Virus record (IMG/VR): IMGVR_UViG_3300042515_002586
Strand: one strand, 5' to 3'
DNA from: an uncultured virus (IMG/VR IMGVR_UViG_3300042515_002586)
Lineage: Duplodnaviria > Heunggongvirae > Uroviricota > Caudoviricetes
Length of the DNA: 22,445 nt
Position numbers and translations under genes: made by a program. Shown in pieces: positions 1 to 7,871 of this stretch. Each line of letters begins with the position of its first letter. Within the stretch, counting starts at the first letter, position 1. The notes under the pieces were generated by a model. That model had not been told where the DNA came from, ran no database searches, and worked only from the letters and a program-made list of their open reading frames with translations.

Positions 1-982
1 CACAGTATGAAGCACCTAAATAAAGATATTCTCCTTTAAAATTCATAGGCTGTAAATTAAAAGTTTTTTCCATATCTTGTAAATACTCTTTTGTAGTAAA
101 GAATAAGTTATAATTACCAATAACTAAAACAAAAGCAATAGCTATAAAACAAAAAGAAGAACCATGTTGCTCACCACTACAAGTAAAATTAGTTGAATAA
201 CTTTCTATTGTATGTAATTCAGCTATTGACTTTATTGATGTGTCTTTAGCTGGTAAAACTCCATATTCTTTTAAATCAGTAAAATTATTACCATATGTAT
301 TAGAAGGATTATGCTTATTATAACAAACTTTATTAACTCTAAGAGGATCAAATGAACTTAAGAAAGGTAAAAGAGATATTAGTTTTTCAAGATGGAAATT
401 TGTTTCAGCTTCATCGTGCTTTAAGAATGATACTTTAGAATAGTAAGGTTTTAAACCAGTATCATAATAACTAATCTCTTCACGAAATAAATTTCTAGTT
501 ATTTCGTTATTTGTATCAATACTAAAAAGATTCTCAAGTACTTGTAAAATTTTTAGACTTTCTAAAAATTCTTGATCGTCAATATCTACTAAAAATTTAT
601 AAGTAAAATAACCTTGAGATGCTGTTTGTGTAATTGGACAAGAATACCGATTTAACCTAAATAAAGTATCTCTAAGAAAATAATACTTTAATTTGAAACT
701 ATGATGAGTACCAACTAAATCTTTACTATCAGCAGATACAATGTCAATTCTCTTAAGTTTACCCATTTTAACAAAACATTCCATATCTGAAATTTCATAA
801 GATATTGAATCTTCTGTAGATTTAAATGTAACAGTAAAAAACTCAGGTCTATTACGACTTGTAGATTCAAATCTAAATGTTGTATTATTAAAATAACCTG
901 TGTTAACTAAGTCTTTTATATATTTTTTTAAGGCAAAAGAAAGAGTATTAAGTTTTTCTTGTTGTGAAGAAGTAGGTTTCAT
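1..982 (-). CDS. hypothetical protein, partial (>=327 aa, runs off window start)
   Basis: Not in ORF track. Hand translation from ATG at 982 (MKPTSSQQEKLNTLSFALKKYIKDLVNTGYF...) stays open to position 1; no recognisable motif. Confidence 0.8.
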   Translation of the reverse strand, partial: MKPTSSQQEKLNTLSFALKKYIKDLVNTGYFNNTTFRFESTSRNRPEFFTVTFKSTEDSISYEISDMECFVKMGKLKRIDIVSADSKDLVGTHHSFKLKYYFLRDTLFRLNRYSCPITQTASQGYFTYKFLVDIDDQEFLESLKILQVLENLFSIDTNNEITRNLFREEISYYDTGLKPYYSKVSFLKHDEAETNFHLEKLISLLPFLSSFDPLRVNKVCYNKHNPSNTYGNNFTDLKEYGVLPAKDTSIKSIAELHTIESYSTNFTCSGEQHGSSFCFIAIAFVLVIGNYNLFFTTKEYLQDMEKTFNLQPMNFKGEYLYLGASYC

Positions 983-986
983 TTTT

Positions 987-1163
987 TTAAATAGAAGATT
1001 TTGTTAAAGTAAGACTAGGTTCTGCTTCATATTCATTTAAGTAGTAGTCTTCACATTGAATAGTATAACGAAATTCGTCATAGTCGGGTAAGGATTGATA
1101 AATTGCATTAATGTCAAAAAGCTCATTATCAATATAAACTTTATTTTTTAGTTGATCATCCAT
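987..1163 (-). CDS. small acidic hypothetical protein (58 aa)
   Basis: Hand translation MDDQLKNKVYIDNELFDINAIYQSLPDYDEFRYTIQCEDYYLNEYEAEPSLTLTKSSI fills the gap between the terminator and the next gene. Confidence 0.6.
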   Translation of the reverse strand: MDDQLKNKVYIDNELFDINAIYQSLPDYDEFRYTIQCEDYYLNEYEAEPSLTLTKSSI

Positions 1164-1164
1164 T

Positions 1165-1195
1165 AAAATAAAAAAGGGGAAGTTTCCTTCCCCTT
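1165..1195 (-). terminator. Rho-independent terminator
   Basis: Minus strand AAGGGGAAG-GAAA-CTTCCCCTT then TTTTATTTT, 5 nt after the stop of 1201..1710. Confidence 0.85.
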
Positions 1196-1200
1196 ATCCA

Positions 1201-1710
1201 TTAACTAGCTGCTTCTTTTTCTTTTGTAATGTGATAAGCGTTATGTTCTACAACAGCTTTCTTTACAGCATCAATATCTTTATTAAAATTTTCAAAAGAA
1301 ATACTCTTCCATTCTGCTTGTTCATTTTTAACAAATACGTTAACTAATGTAACATTTGGAGTTGTAGTTCCTGGTTTAACTTTAATCTTAATCTCATCAT
1401 TCTTAGATACATTCTTTAAGTTTGCAACTAAGTTTTGAGAGAATACAATTTTGATATTAGATTTAATGTAATAGTAAGTGTTGTTAGGTTCATCACATAA
1501 TGTTACAATCAATGCATCATAAGGTTCAACACCAAACTTACCAGGTTGTTTAGGTGTGCCTTCATCATGCTTAATAGAGACAGCAACAAACTTACCTGTA
1601 ATAGATTCTGCTTCTGTAGGGAAGGAACCAGCAGGTAAGTCGTTAGTAGAGATTACAAAGTTGCCATTAAGAGGCTTTACATTGTATTTAATTTTAGGTG
1701 GTTGTATCAT
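1201..1710 (-). CDS. hypothetical protein (beta-rich, possibly OB-fold/ssDNA-binding-like)
   Basis: 169-aa ORF followed by a terminator; the fold is a guess from the strand pattern only. Confidence 0.55.
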   Translation of the reverse strand: MIQPPKIKYNVKPLNGNFVISTNDLPAGSFPTEAESITGKFVAVSIKHDEGTPKQPGKFGVEPYDALIVTLCDEPNNTYYYIKSNIKIVFSQNLVANLKNVSKNDEIKIKVKPGTTTPNVTLVNVFVKNEQAEWKSISFENFNKDIDAVKKAVVEHNAYHITKEKEAAS

Positions 1711-2383
1711 TTATTTCCAATCTGTTCTTTTTAATTAGAGTAGCTAGTTCTTGTAAACTATAGCCCTCAATGCTATGTTGAACAAAATTAGAAAGGTTAG
1801 GGCAAGATTTATGAATATTTTGATTAAAAATTTCAAGATTTTGCAAGTAATCACCACTAGTAATGTCTATTTGAGCAATAATTGGAGTTTCAATAGTCAA
1901 ATTATTGCTTTTTAATTTCAAGTCTGTTTTATTCAAACAAGAAACTATAATCATTAAAGTAGTATAATCAAAGTTAGGATTCTTCTTAATATAATCTGTT
2001 TTTTCAGCTGAAAAAGTAGTTTCTTTTTCTTTAAGAAGTCTAGTAGGATTATACATAAAATCTTCTCCTAATGCAATTTTAGTAAGAAGATCTCTCATAG
2101 TAATACTTTTGTTCTTACTAATATATGGTTTACCATCTAAAGTAAAACTTTCTAAACTTAGAGAGTAATTTCCAATTTCATTAGCAAAACCTGGTACCGC
2201 TAAAATTGACAGTAAATTAGTATTAATTAATGGTACTTGTTCTTGAAGCTCAGAACCTGTAGCTGTTTCAGCAACTACAGGTTGAGCAATCTTTTTGATG
2301 GTTTTTTTCCTAGGTGGCTTTGTAGAGATGAGTTCTCCTTCTGCATCAAAGCTTGTTTGTATTTTTGTTTTTGAGATAGCCAT
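1694..2383 (-). CDS. hypothetical protein
   Basis: 229-aa ORF with AAGG upstream of the ATG; basic, low-complexity N-terminus. Confidence 0.75.
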   Translation of the reverse strand: MAISKTKIQTSFDAEGELISTKPPRKKTIKKIAQPVVAETATGSELQEQVPLINTNLLSILAVPGFANEIGNYSLSLESFTLDGKPYISKNKSITMRDLLTKIALGEDFMYNPTRLLKEKETTFSAEKTDYIKKNPNFDYTTLMIIVSCLNKTDLKLKSNNLTIETPIIAQIDITSGDYLQNLEIFNQNIHKSCPNLSNFVQHSIEGYSLQELATLIKKNRLEINDTTT

Positions 2384-2410
2384 AGCCTTTTTAAGTTTGT
2401 TGATTTTTTC

Positions 2411-2776
2411 TTAGATAACTGAAATTGATTTACTAGTTACCTTATAAGTAAAACTTGCTTGAGACACGTCTTGAATCATATGGGCAAGAGTTACAGGTTC
2501 TACATCTAAAGTTTCTGCTAGTTTCTTTAAATCAAAGTTAGTTGATAAATTAAAACTGGCTTCTGCTTTTGCTTGTGGTTCGTTTTTTGCAACTTGAATA
2601 TTTTGTAACTTTTGAATTGTTTCTAAACTAGGAATAGCTTCTTGAGTTAAGTATCTTCCAAGTTGTCTTGGAGACTTACCAATCATAGTAGCTACTTCTA
2701 CTTTTGTTCTTGAAGTAAGTAATTTCTTAGCTGTACTTGTAAATTGTTGTACGTTTTTTTTCGTTACAGTATTCAT
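2411..2776 (-). CDS. XRE/Cro-C1-type helix-turn-helix DNA-binding protein
   Basis: TKVEVATMIGKSPRQLGRYLTQEAIPSLETIQKL fits the XRE HTH pattern; later segment LKKLAETLDVEPVTL resembles XRE C-terminal helices. Confidence 0.75.
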   Translation of the reverse strand: MNTVTKKNVQQFTSTAKKLLTSRTKVEVATMIGKSPRQLGRYLTQEAIPSLETIQKLQNIQVAKNEPQAKAEASFNLSTNFDLKKLAETLDVEPVTLAHMIQDVSQASFTYKVTSKSISVI

Positions 2777-2794
2777 AATATATGTTGAAGGTTT

Positions 2795-3133
2795 TTACAC
2801 CACAATAGGTTTTTTTATATGATTTTGCCAAAGCTGTGCTGCCAGTGAAAGAACCGTATCATCAGAGTACAAACACTGAGTAAAGAAAATATTATCCTTT
2901 ATAAACCTATTTATAAGAAAAATACTTTCCTTTGCTCTTTCAAATGGTTCTTTGACATTTTGACTATATATAGAACAAGAGTTTTGGGCTTTAGAAGTGC
3001 TAAAACCCAAAACCATAGTAGAACCTTCAAAAATTGAGTATCTATCTTCTTGTTCTACAATAGAAAGCTCTCCAATAACGCGAGAAGATTTAACATCTTC
3101 TTTTTTTGTAGTGGCTCTACTACTTTTTCTCAT
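2795..3133 (-). CDS. hypothetical protein
   Basis: 112-aa ORF in the co-directional run. Confidence 0.7.
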   Translation of the reverse strand: MRKSSRATTKKEDVKSSRVIGELSIVEQEDRYSIFEGSTMVLGFSTSKAQNSCSIYSQNVKEPFERAKESIFLINRFIKDNIFFTQCLYSDDTVLSLAAQLWQNHIKKPIVV

Positions 3134-3136
3134 TGA

Positions 3137-3523
3137 TTAAAACTTAAATCCAACAGACAAGCCAACATTCCATTGACTATTTTGAGGAAGTTCAATCTTT
3201 CTCATAGTACCAACATATCCACCAGTTAAGGATAAGGACATTGCCCTATAATCTAAAAACCTATAAGACAATGTTGGACCAAGATAAAGAGTATCAAAGC
3301 GATTGTCCTTAAATGGAGTTCTCAGTGTCTTAAGATAGTTATCACTATCAAAACCACCGAAGAGTCCCAAACTAAACTTGTCTTTGCTCAAAACGGGCAA
3401 AGTAAGCCCCAACTTAGTGTTAACATCTCGATCATTAAAAGTACCGAGTAATGTAACATTTGCTTGGGCTAGAGAAATTGTAGCCAAACTTGCTACAGCA
3501 ATTAACATAATTAATTTTTTCAT
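3137..3523 (-). CDS. secreted protein, probable small outer-membrane beta-barrel
   Basis: Signal peptide MKKLIMLIAVASLATISLAQA, amphipathic strands (FSLGLFGGF, LYLGPTLSYRF, LSLTGGYV), C-terminal WNVGLSVGFKF ending in Phe; AAGGA RBS. Confidence 0.65.
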   Translation of the reverse strand: MKKLIMLIAVASLATISLAQANVTLLGTFNDRDVNTKLGLTLPVLSKDKFSLGLFGGFDSDNYLKTLRTPFKDNRFDTLYLGPTLSYRFLDYRAMSLSLTGGYVGTMRKIELPQNSQWNVGLSVGFKF

Positions 3524-3552
3524 TTTATTTTCCTTTAAAATAGGTAAACTAC

Positions 3553-3912
3553 TTAGAAAGTAGGAACACCTAAAATCTTAACATGGAATTTGTCTTTTTC
3601 AACAATTTCCTTTTTAAATACGAGAGTACTGTTATTGTACTTCTCAAAGTATGTAGGATCAACGTCAGTAACTTTAGCAGTATTCTCATGTGCCATATCT
3701 ACTTTATAAATTAACTTATCGTTTTCTCCGATTAGGTCAAAGTTCTTTAAACATTCAGGACTATTAATTTCCTGAATTGCTTCTCTTAAAAGAACCATAT
3801 GAGTGTTTTCATCGTTACTAACAGCACCATATTGAGGATTCCAAAGTAAATGGAAAAGTCTATAAGCAGGTGCGTCTTCAGTTGCCGGGATTTCTTTTTC
3901 TAGTGTTAACAT
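3553..3912 (-). CDS. hypothetical protein
   Basis: 119-aa ORF. Confidence 0.7.
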   Translation of the reverse strand: MLTLEKEIPATEDAPAYRLFHLLWNPQYGAVSNDENTHMVLLREAIQEINSPECLKNFDLIGENDKLIYKVDMAHENTAKVTDVDPTYFEKYNNSTLVFKKEIVEKDKFHVKILGVPTF

Positions 3913-3939
3913 AGTTTTGTATGTGTTTTGTTGTGAGTT

Positions 3940-4086
3940 TTATTGAATGTTCTTGTGGCCTACTAAAATAAACCATATATTGACAGCTAATATAAGCTGT
4001 ACAATAAAGCCGATAGGATAACATAAAAAGCAGATAGCAAATACAAAAATGCAAGTTATTAATGCAGAGTATTTAATTTCATTCAT
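3940..4086 (-). CDS. small membrane protein (48 aa)
   Basis: Hand translation MNEIKYSALITCIFVFAICFLCYPIGFIVQLILAVNIWFILVGHKNIQ; TAATG overlap with the upstream gene. Confidence 0.65.
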   Translation of the reverse strand: MNEIKYSALITCIFVFAICFLCYPIGFIVQLILAVNIWFILVGHKNIQ

Positions 4087-4310
4087 TACTTTTTATCCTT
4101 AAACTGTTCTTCCAACCAATCTTCATTCTCTTTCGTGTTATCTATATAATAAGAAAACAATAGAGCTAGTAAAGAAACAATTAAAAAGAAGGAGAAAATA
4201 TTTTTTTGTTCTTGATTGTACCATAAAGACGGAACCATCAAATAAAAATCACCTAAAATAAAAGTAAGTGTTATTAAAAGTAGTATATAAGTAGTGAGTT
4301 TTTTTAGCAT
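4086..4310 (-). CDS. two-TM membrane protein
   Basis: Two hydrophobic stretches and a charged C-terminal tail. Confidence 0.7.
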   Translation of the reverse strand: MLKKLTTYILLLITLTFILGDFYLMVPSLWYNQEQKNIFSFFLIVSLLALLFSYYIDNTKENEDWLEEQFKDKK

Positions 4311-4341
4311 TAAAATATTAACCCATTTTTGTATTTTTCAA

Positions 4342-4536
4342 TTATGAAGCCATCCTTTCTGGATCTTCATAATCATTAGTATCAATTTGAACAACTTTAA
4401 AATATGGAAACAATTTATTTTTCAAGATAATATTCCAACAATAATCTTTAGATTCAATAATAATAGAACAATCTAAACCTAATTTTGTTGGATCAATAGT
4501 ATAGTACGGTTCTTCTCTTGTTATAATAGTGTACAT
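4342..4536 (-). CDS. hypothetical protein
   Basis: 64-aa ORF, TAATG-coupled to the upstream gene. Confidence 0.65.
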   Translation of the reverse strand: MYTIITREEPYYTIDPTKLGLDCSIIIESKDYCWNIILKNKLFPYFKVVQIDTNDYEDPERMAS

Positions 4537-4940
4537 TATATAATCTTTTTTGGTCTTCCTCTAGGTCTTTTAACTTCATTAGTTACCTTAGTAGTTTCTT
4601 TTCCTTTAGATTTTATAATTTTTGTTGGTACTTCTTCTTTTACTGCTACTGCAACATCTTCACCTTTAAGTTTAGATTGTTTAAATACAGTATTTGAAAT
4701 AGTTTTTTCTATGAAAGTAATTTCTTTCTGAGTGAAACTATTTTTAATTTCAAAATCCATACTTATAAAGTATTCTAGTCCAGTATAGTTTATATTGTTA
4801 ACAACGTACCCTTTCTCAGTCAAAATATAAAATAACTCATCAATTTTTTGATTGAATATATTAGAGTATCTATTTATCTTCTTATTATCAGAATTAAAAG
4901 GTATTGAATATTGATAAAAAGTTTTTGTATGTTGTAACAT
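4536..4940 (-). CDS. hypothetical protein with C-terminal AT-hook
   Basis: C-terminus KRPRGRPKK is a canonical AT-hook (PRGRP core flanked by basic residues). Confidence 0.7.
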   Translation of the reverse strand: MLQHTKTFYQYSIPFNSDNKKINRYSNIFNQKIDELFYILTEKGYVVNNINYTGLEYFISMDFEIKNSFTQKEITFIEKTISNTVFKQSKLKGEDVAVAVKEEVPTKIIKSKGKETTKVTNEVKRPRGRPKKII

Positions 4941-5153
4941 TTAAGTAGTTATGTTGGTTAGTTTACAGTATGTTAATGTATATCGCAAATAGTTGCTCCA
5001 CTTACTATAGTTTATAGGTGAAAATGATCTAGGAAACTCGGAACTAAGACATATTTTACTTTCCATTAAGTGAATAGAAAGAAACTGTCCATTAATGATG
5101 TAGTAAAATTCACTAGGATTAGTACTCCAATCTTCAAACTCATAAAATTTCAT
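4941..5153 (-). CDS. small aromatic-rich paralog family protein (array 1)
   Basis: MKFYEF...YCKLTN; close paralog of 5140..5352. Confidence 0.75.
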   Translation of the reverse strand: MKFYEFEDWSTNPSEFYYIINGQFLSIHLMESKICLSSEFPRSFSPINYSKWSNYLRYTLTYCKLTNITT

Positions 5154-5352
5154 TAGTTAATTTACAATAAGCATAAGCCCATTTTAAGTACTTTGCATAT
5201 TCATATCCTACATAAGATTGAGGTAATTGAGCATTTAAATGAACTGAATTCTTATAGAAATATACACATAAAAATTGATCATTAATGTTGTAATAAAATT
5301 CGTTGATACCCCAACCAAACCACGATTCAAATGCGTAAATTTTCATGTTCAT
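5140..5352 (-). CDS. small aromatic-rich paralog family protein (array 1)
   Basis: (MN)MKIYAF...YCKLTNEIL. Confidence 0.75.
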   Translation of the reverse strand: MNMKIYAFESWFGWGINEFYYNINDQFLCVYFYKNSVHLNAQLPQSYVGYEYAKYLKWAYAYCKLTNEIL

Positions 5353-5509
5353 TTGTTAATTTATTATGTTGAATAATAAAACTAGAAGAGTAATTTAAAA
5401 CTATATTTTTATAGTCATAAGTAAAAATAATATAAAAACAAGTGTCATATTCAAATGGATTATAAGAAAAGAATTTACTTTTAGCATCAAGAAAAAAATC
5501 AAATTTCAT
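5327..5509 (-). CDS. small aromatic-rich paralog family protein (array 1)
   Basis: MKFDFF...HNKLTNE; ATGA overlap at its start. Confidence 0.75.
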   Translation of the reverse strand: MKFDFFLDAKSKFFSYNPFEYDTCFYIIFTYDYKNIVLNYSSSFIIQHNKLTNEHENLRI

Positions 5510-5694
5510 TCTTTAGAAAAATATTCGTAATCTAATTCTTGAGTTATTTTATTATACTTAAGAGTAAAAGTATAGTGATCAAAAATTATTAAATGTCTTG
5601 AAGGATTAGAGACAATTCTAAAAATTTCCTCAGAATTTAATTTAACATAAAAATAATGACGACGAGAAAAAGTCAAAAAACTATCAAATTTCAT
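5506..5694 (-). CDS. small aromatic-rich paralog family protein (array 1)
   Basis: MKFDSF...YNKITQEL; ATGA overlaps at both ends. Confidence 0.75.
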   Translation of the reverse strand: MKFDSFLTFSRRHYFYVKLNSEEIFRIVSNPSRHLIIFDHYTFTLKYNKITQELDYEYFSKE

Positions 5695-5879
5695 TGGTGT
5701 ATAATAGTACTAAGTTTACTCAATGCCTCTGTTAATTTATTATATTTAATTATACGCCGATTATAACTGAAGTTTATTAAACCATAATCATAGTTAAAAA
5801 TAATGCACAAAGATTTGTTTTTAATTAAATCATATCTATGATAATGACGACCTGTGTCTATAAAGTATGAATATTTCAT
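5691..5879 (-). CDS. small aromatic-rich paralog family protein (array 1)
   Basis: MKYSYF...YNKLTEAL; shares IIFxYDY with 5327..5509. Confidence 0.75.
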   Translation of the reverse strand: MKYSYFIDTGRHYHRYDLIKNKSLCIIFNYDYGLINFSYNRRIIKYNKLTEALSKLSTIIHQ

Positions 5880-6061
5880 TAATTCCTTATCTCAGTATAC
5901 TGCTCAAATTCTTCAGTTAAGTTATTATATTCAAGATTACTGACTTGCATAAAAGGGTGGTATTCTAAATAACTATAGTCTGAATCAAAATAAATATAAA
6001 CCATAGCTATACAAGCATAGTAGCTATAACCTGAAACTATAGAATAATCTTCAATTTCCAT
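5879..6061 (-). CDS. small aromatic-rich paralog family protein (array 1)
   Basis: Ends YNNLTEEF; TAATG overlap with the next gene. Confidence 0.7.
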   Translation of the reverse strand: MEIEDYSIVSGYSYYACIAMVYIYFDSDYSYLEYHPFMQVSNLEYNNLTEEFEQYTEIRN

Positions 6062-6269
6062 ATTTTGGGTAATTAGTTTGATTGGTTATTTTATTATAAT
6101 AACGTCTAGTAGATCTTTCTTGGTAAATTAATTCAATACCTTCACTTCTATTGATGTAAAATTTAATATTAACACAAAATTGACGATCTAATGAATAAAA
6201 TGTAAAATTATGATTAGAATTCTGCGGGTTTTTAGGGTGTGTAAATAAGTGTTTATATGAGAAAATCAT
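6051..6269 (-). CDS. small aromatic-rich paralog family protein (array 1)
   Basis: Start moved from 6281 to 6269 (MIFSYK...), which gives an ATGA overlap with 6266..6445; ends YYNKITNQ. Confidence 0.7.
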   Translation of the reverse strand: MIFSYKHLFTHPKNPQNSNHNFTFYSLDRQFCVNIKFYINRSEGIELIYQERSTRRYYNKITNQTNYPKYGN

Positions 6270-6445
6270 CGTGCTATCCATACATCTTCAGTTAACAAAG
6301 TGTATATACAATTAACAGAATACCCACAAGTAATAGATAGTTTTGTATCACCAAGATCTATATACATTGGATATTTTATTGTATTATACCTATAACATGG
6401 AACGTTATCGCCAATACCCCAAAATGAAAAACAAGAAAATTTCAT
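6266..6445 (-). CDS. small aromatic-rich paralog family protein (array 1, 59 aa)
   Basis: Not in ORF track: MKFSCFSFWGIGDNVPCYRYNTIKYPMYIDLGDTKLSITCGYSVNCIYTLLTEDVWIAR. Confidence 0.75.
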   Translation of the reverse strand: MKFSCFSFWGIGDNVPCYRYNTIKYPMYIDLGDTKLSITCGYSVNCIYTLLTEDVWIAR

Positions 6446-6534
6446 TAGTTTTTCTTTAGAAAAGCATTAGATAAAATAAACAGAAGTAAGATAAATAAAA
6501 CAAAAGCAGTTATAAGTAAAATGATTATTTCCAT
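6445..6534 (-). CDS. single-TM micro-protein (29 aa)
   Basis: Hand translation MEIIILLITAFVLFILLLFILSNAFLKKN; its TAA overlaps the ATG of the first array-1 gene. Confidence 0.6.
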   Translation of the reverse strand: MEIIILLITAFVLFILLLFILSNAFLKKN

Positions 6535-6545
6535 AATTTATTGAT

Positions 6546-6824
6546 TCAATCAAAGTAGTCTAAATAGTCATCATTTAGCTTTTGTTTTTCTTTACTCCAT
6601 TGAATATGTCTGTTGCTTAAACATCGCTCACAACGGCAACGATGATTAGTGCCTTTTCCTTCATTAATTAAATACATTTTTCTATAAGTTAAAAAAGAAG
6701 TAAATCTGGGATCTGACCAATAACGTCTATTTTTATGCCACTTCCATTCAGAATATATTCTTTTATTTAATCTATTTTTTACTCTTTCTGTAAAATGTCT
6801 TCTAATTGACCTGCTTCTTTCCAT
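6546..6824 (-). CDS. Arg-rich hypothetical protein with CxCxxC motif
   Basis: RSRSIRRH N-terminus and CRCERC; probable metal binding. Confidence 0.7.
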   Translation of the reverse strand: MERSRSIRRHFTERVKNRLNKRIYSEWKWHKNRRYWSDPRFTSFLTYRKMYLINEGKGTNHRCRCERCLSNRHIQWSKEKQKLNDDYLDYFD

Positions 6825-7056
6825 CTAACAAAATTTTTGGTTGATTAAAATAGTCATGTATTCCTTTTAATGATATCAATAAAAATAAGATATTGAGAAT
6901 CATAAAAGGAAGTGTATTTACTATAACAGAATAAACTAATAAACAGCTTGTTCCTACTATATTAATAGTATGCCAAGCTAAATCATTAATTTTATTATTT
7001 GTTTTTAAAAAATAACTTAATAAAGTAAGAAACATTCCTATTAAACCAATGATCAT
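6802..7056 (-). CDS. CBU_0592-like three-TM membrane protein
   Basis: IGLIG..LTLLSY, NIVGTSCLLVYS and PFMILN pattern recalled for the CBU_0592 family. Confidence 0.7.
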   Translation of the reverse strand: MIIGLIGMFLTLLSYFLKTNNKINDLAWHTINIVGTSCLLVYSVIVNTLPFMILNILFLLISLKGIHDYFNQPKILLDGKKQVN

Positions 7057-7361
7057 TTTATTTTCCCACTATTTCTTCTTTCTCTACGTTGTGCTCTAAA
7101 AGATTCCATATCTTCATCATTTAATTCAGAATAAATTCCTTTATCTTTAATAGGAAATGAAATAAGATCTCCTATATTAAATTTAGTAACATAAATAGGT
7201 GCAAAACTATATTGCCAAATAGGTCTAAGAAAAAAACCTTTCTTATATAAACAAGTCCTATATATAAATTTAAACCATACAATACAAGACACATTATCTG
7301 GAAAGTTAATTTTTACTGGATACCAAGCAAACCATTTTTGAGAAATTGTAATTTTATCCAT
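7053..7361 (-). CDS. phage hypothetical protein (WFAWYPV motif)
   Basis: KWFAWYPVK...VWF motif recurrent among phage hypotheticals (from memory). Confidence 0.7.
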   Translation of the reverse strand: MDKITISQKWFAWYPVKINFPDNVSCIVWFKFIYRTCLYKKGFFLRPIWQYSFAPIYVTKFNIGDLISFPIKDKGIYSELNDEDMESFRAQRRERRNSGKIK

Positions 7362-7462
7362 TATACATCATCTTCATTATTAAGCCACTCAATCCATTCA
7401 AGAAATAAAGATACCATAACTATCAAAAAAATAATAAAAACAATTGCTGTAATAATTGGCAT
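7361..7462 (-). CDS. single-TM micro-protein (33 aa)
   Basis: Hand translation MPIITAIVFIIFLIVMVSLFLEWIEWLNNEDDV; TAATG overlaps at both ends. Confidence 0.65.
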   Translation of the reverse strand: MPIITAIVFIIFLIVMVSLFLEWIEWLNNEDDV

Positions 7463-7869
7463 TATTCATCACTTTCCCTATCAATCATATCTTGCATTCT
7501 CTCTCTTATATACTCAGCATATTCTGGGGAAGTAACAATTGTTTTATAATGTTCAGCATGTTTCTGTGTCCTAAAAGAATTACAGTATTTAGAAGCGTGT
7601 TCTAATTCACATGAACCTTTTCTTACTATTCCATTAATACTTAAATACCAGCCTTTTTGATTACCTTTAGGAATGTATTGAGTATAAATTTCTCTTGGAA
7701 TTACAAATTCTTTAATAAATACATCTATTGAATAACTTTCTGGTATTGGTGAACCGCTTTGCCAACAAAGTAATACTTTGTTATTTACTACACCTAAAAA
7801 AATTACTGTACCAGCACGGCTTTCAACTAAGTCTTGTGGTTTTAGTGCTTTAAATTGTTCTTGTGTCAT
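7462..7869 (-). CDS. phage hypothetical protein
   Basis: 135 aa; C-half YIPKGNQKGWYL...NSFRTQKHAE resembles 18260..18460. Confidence 0.7.
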   Translation of the reverse strand: MTQEQFKALKPQDLVESRAGTVIFLGVVNNKVLLCWQSGSPIPESYSIDVFIKEFVIPREIYTQYIPKGNQKGWYLSINGIVRKGSCELEHASKYCNSFRTQKHAEHYKTIVTSPEYAEYIRERMQDMIDRESDE

Positions 7870-7871
7870 TT

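Larger units (their letters stand above)
4941..6445 (-). repeat. tandem paralog array 1 (8 small MKF...YNKLTxE-family genes)
   Basis: Eight abutting or overlapping ORFs ending YCKLTN, YCKLTNE, HNKLTNE, YNKITQE, YNKLTEA, YNNLTEE, YNKITNQ, YTLLTED. Confidence 0.85.

Noticed and set aside
1556..1738. Plus-strand 60-aa ORF
   Set aside because: Antisense shadow of two minus-strand genes; no supporting features.
3378..3563. Plus-strand 61-aa ORF
   Set aside because: Antisense to the signal-peptide-bearing beta-barrel-like gene.
7338..7535. Plus-strand 65-aa ORF
   Set aside because: The interval is better explained by the minus-strand 33-aa ORF 7361-7462, which is coupled at both ends.
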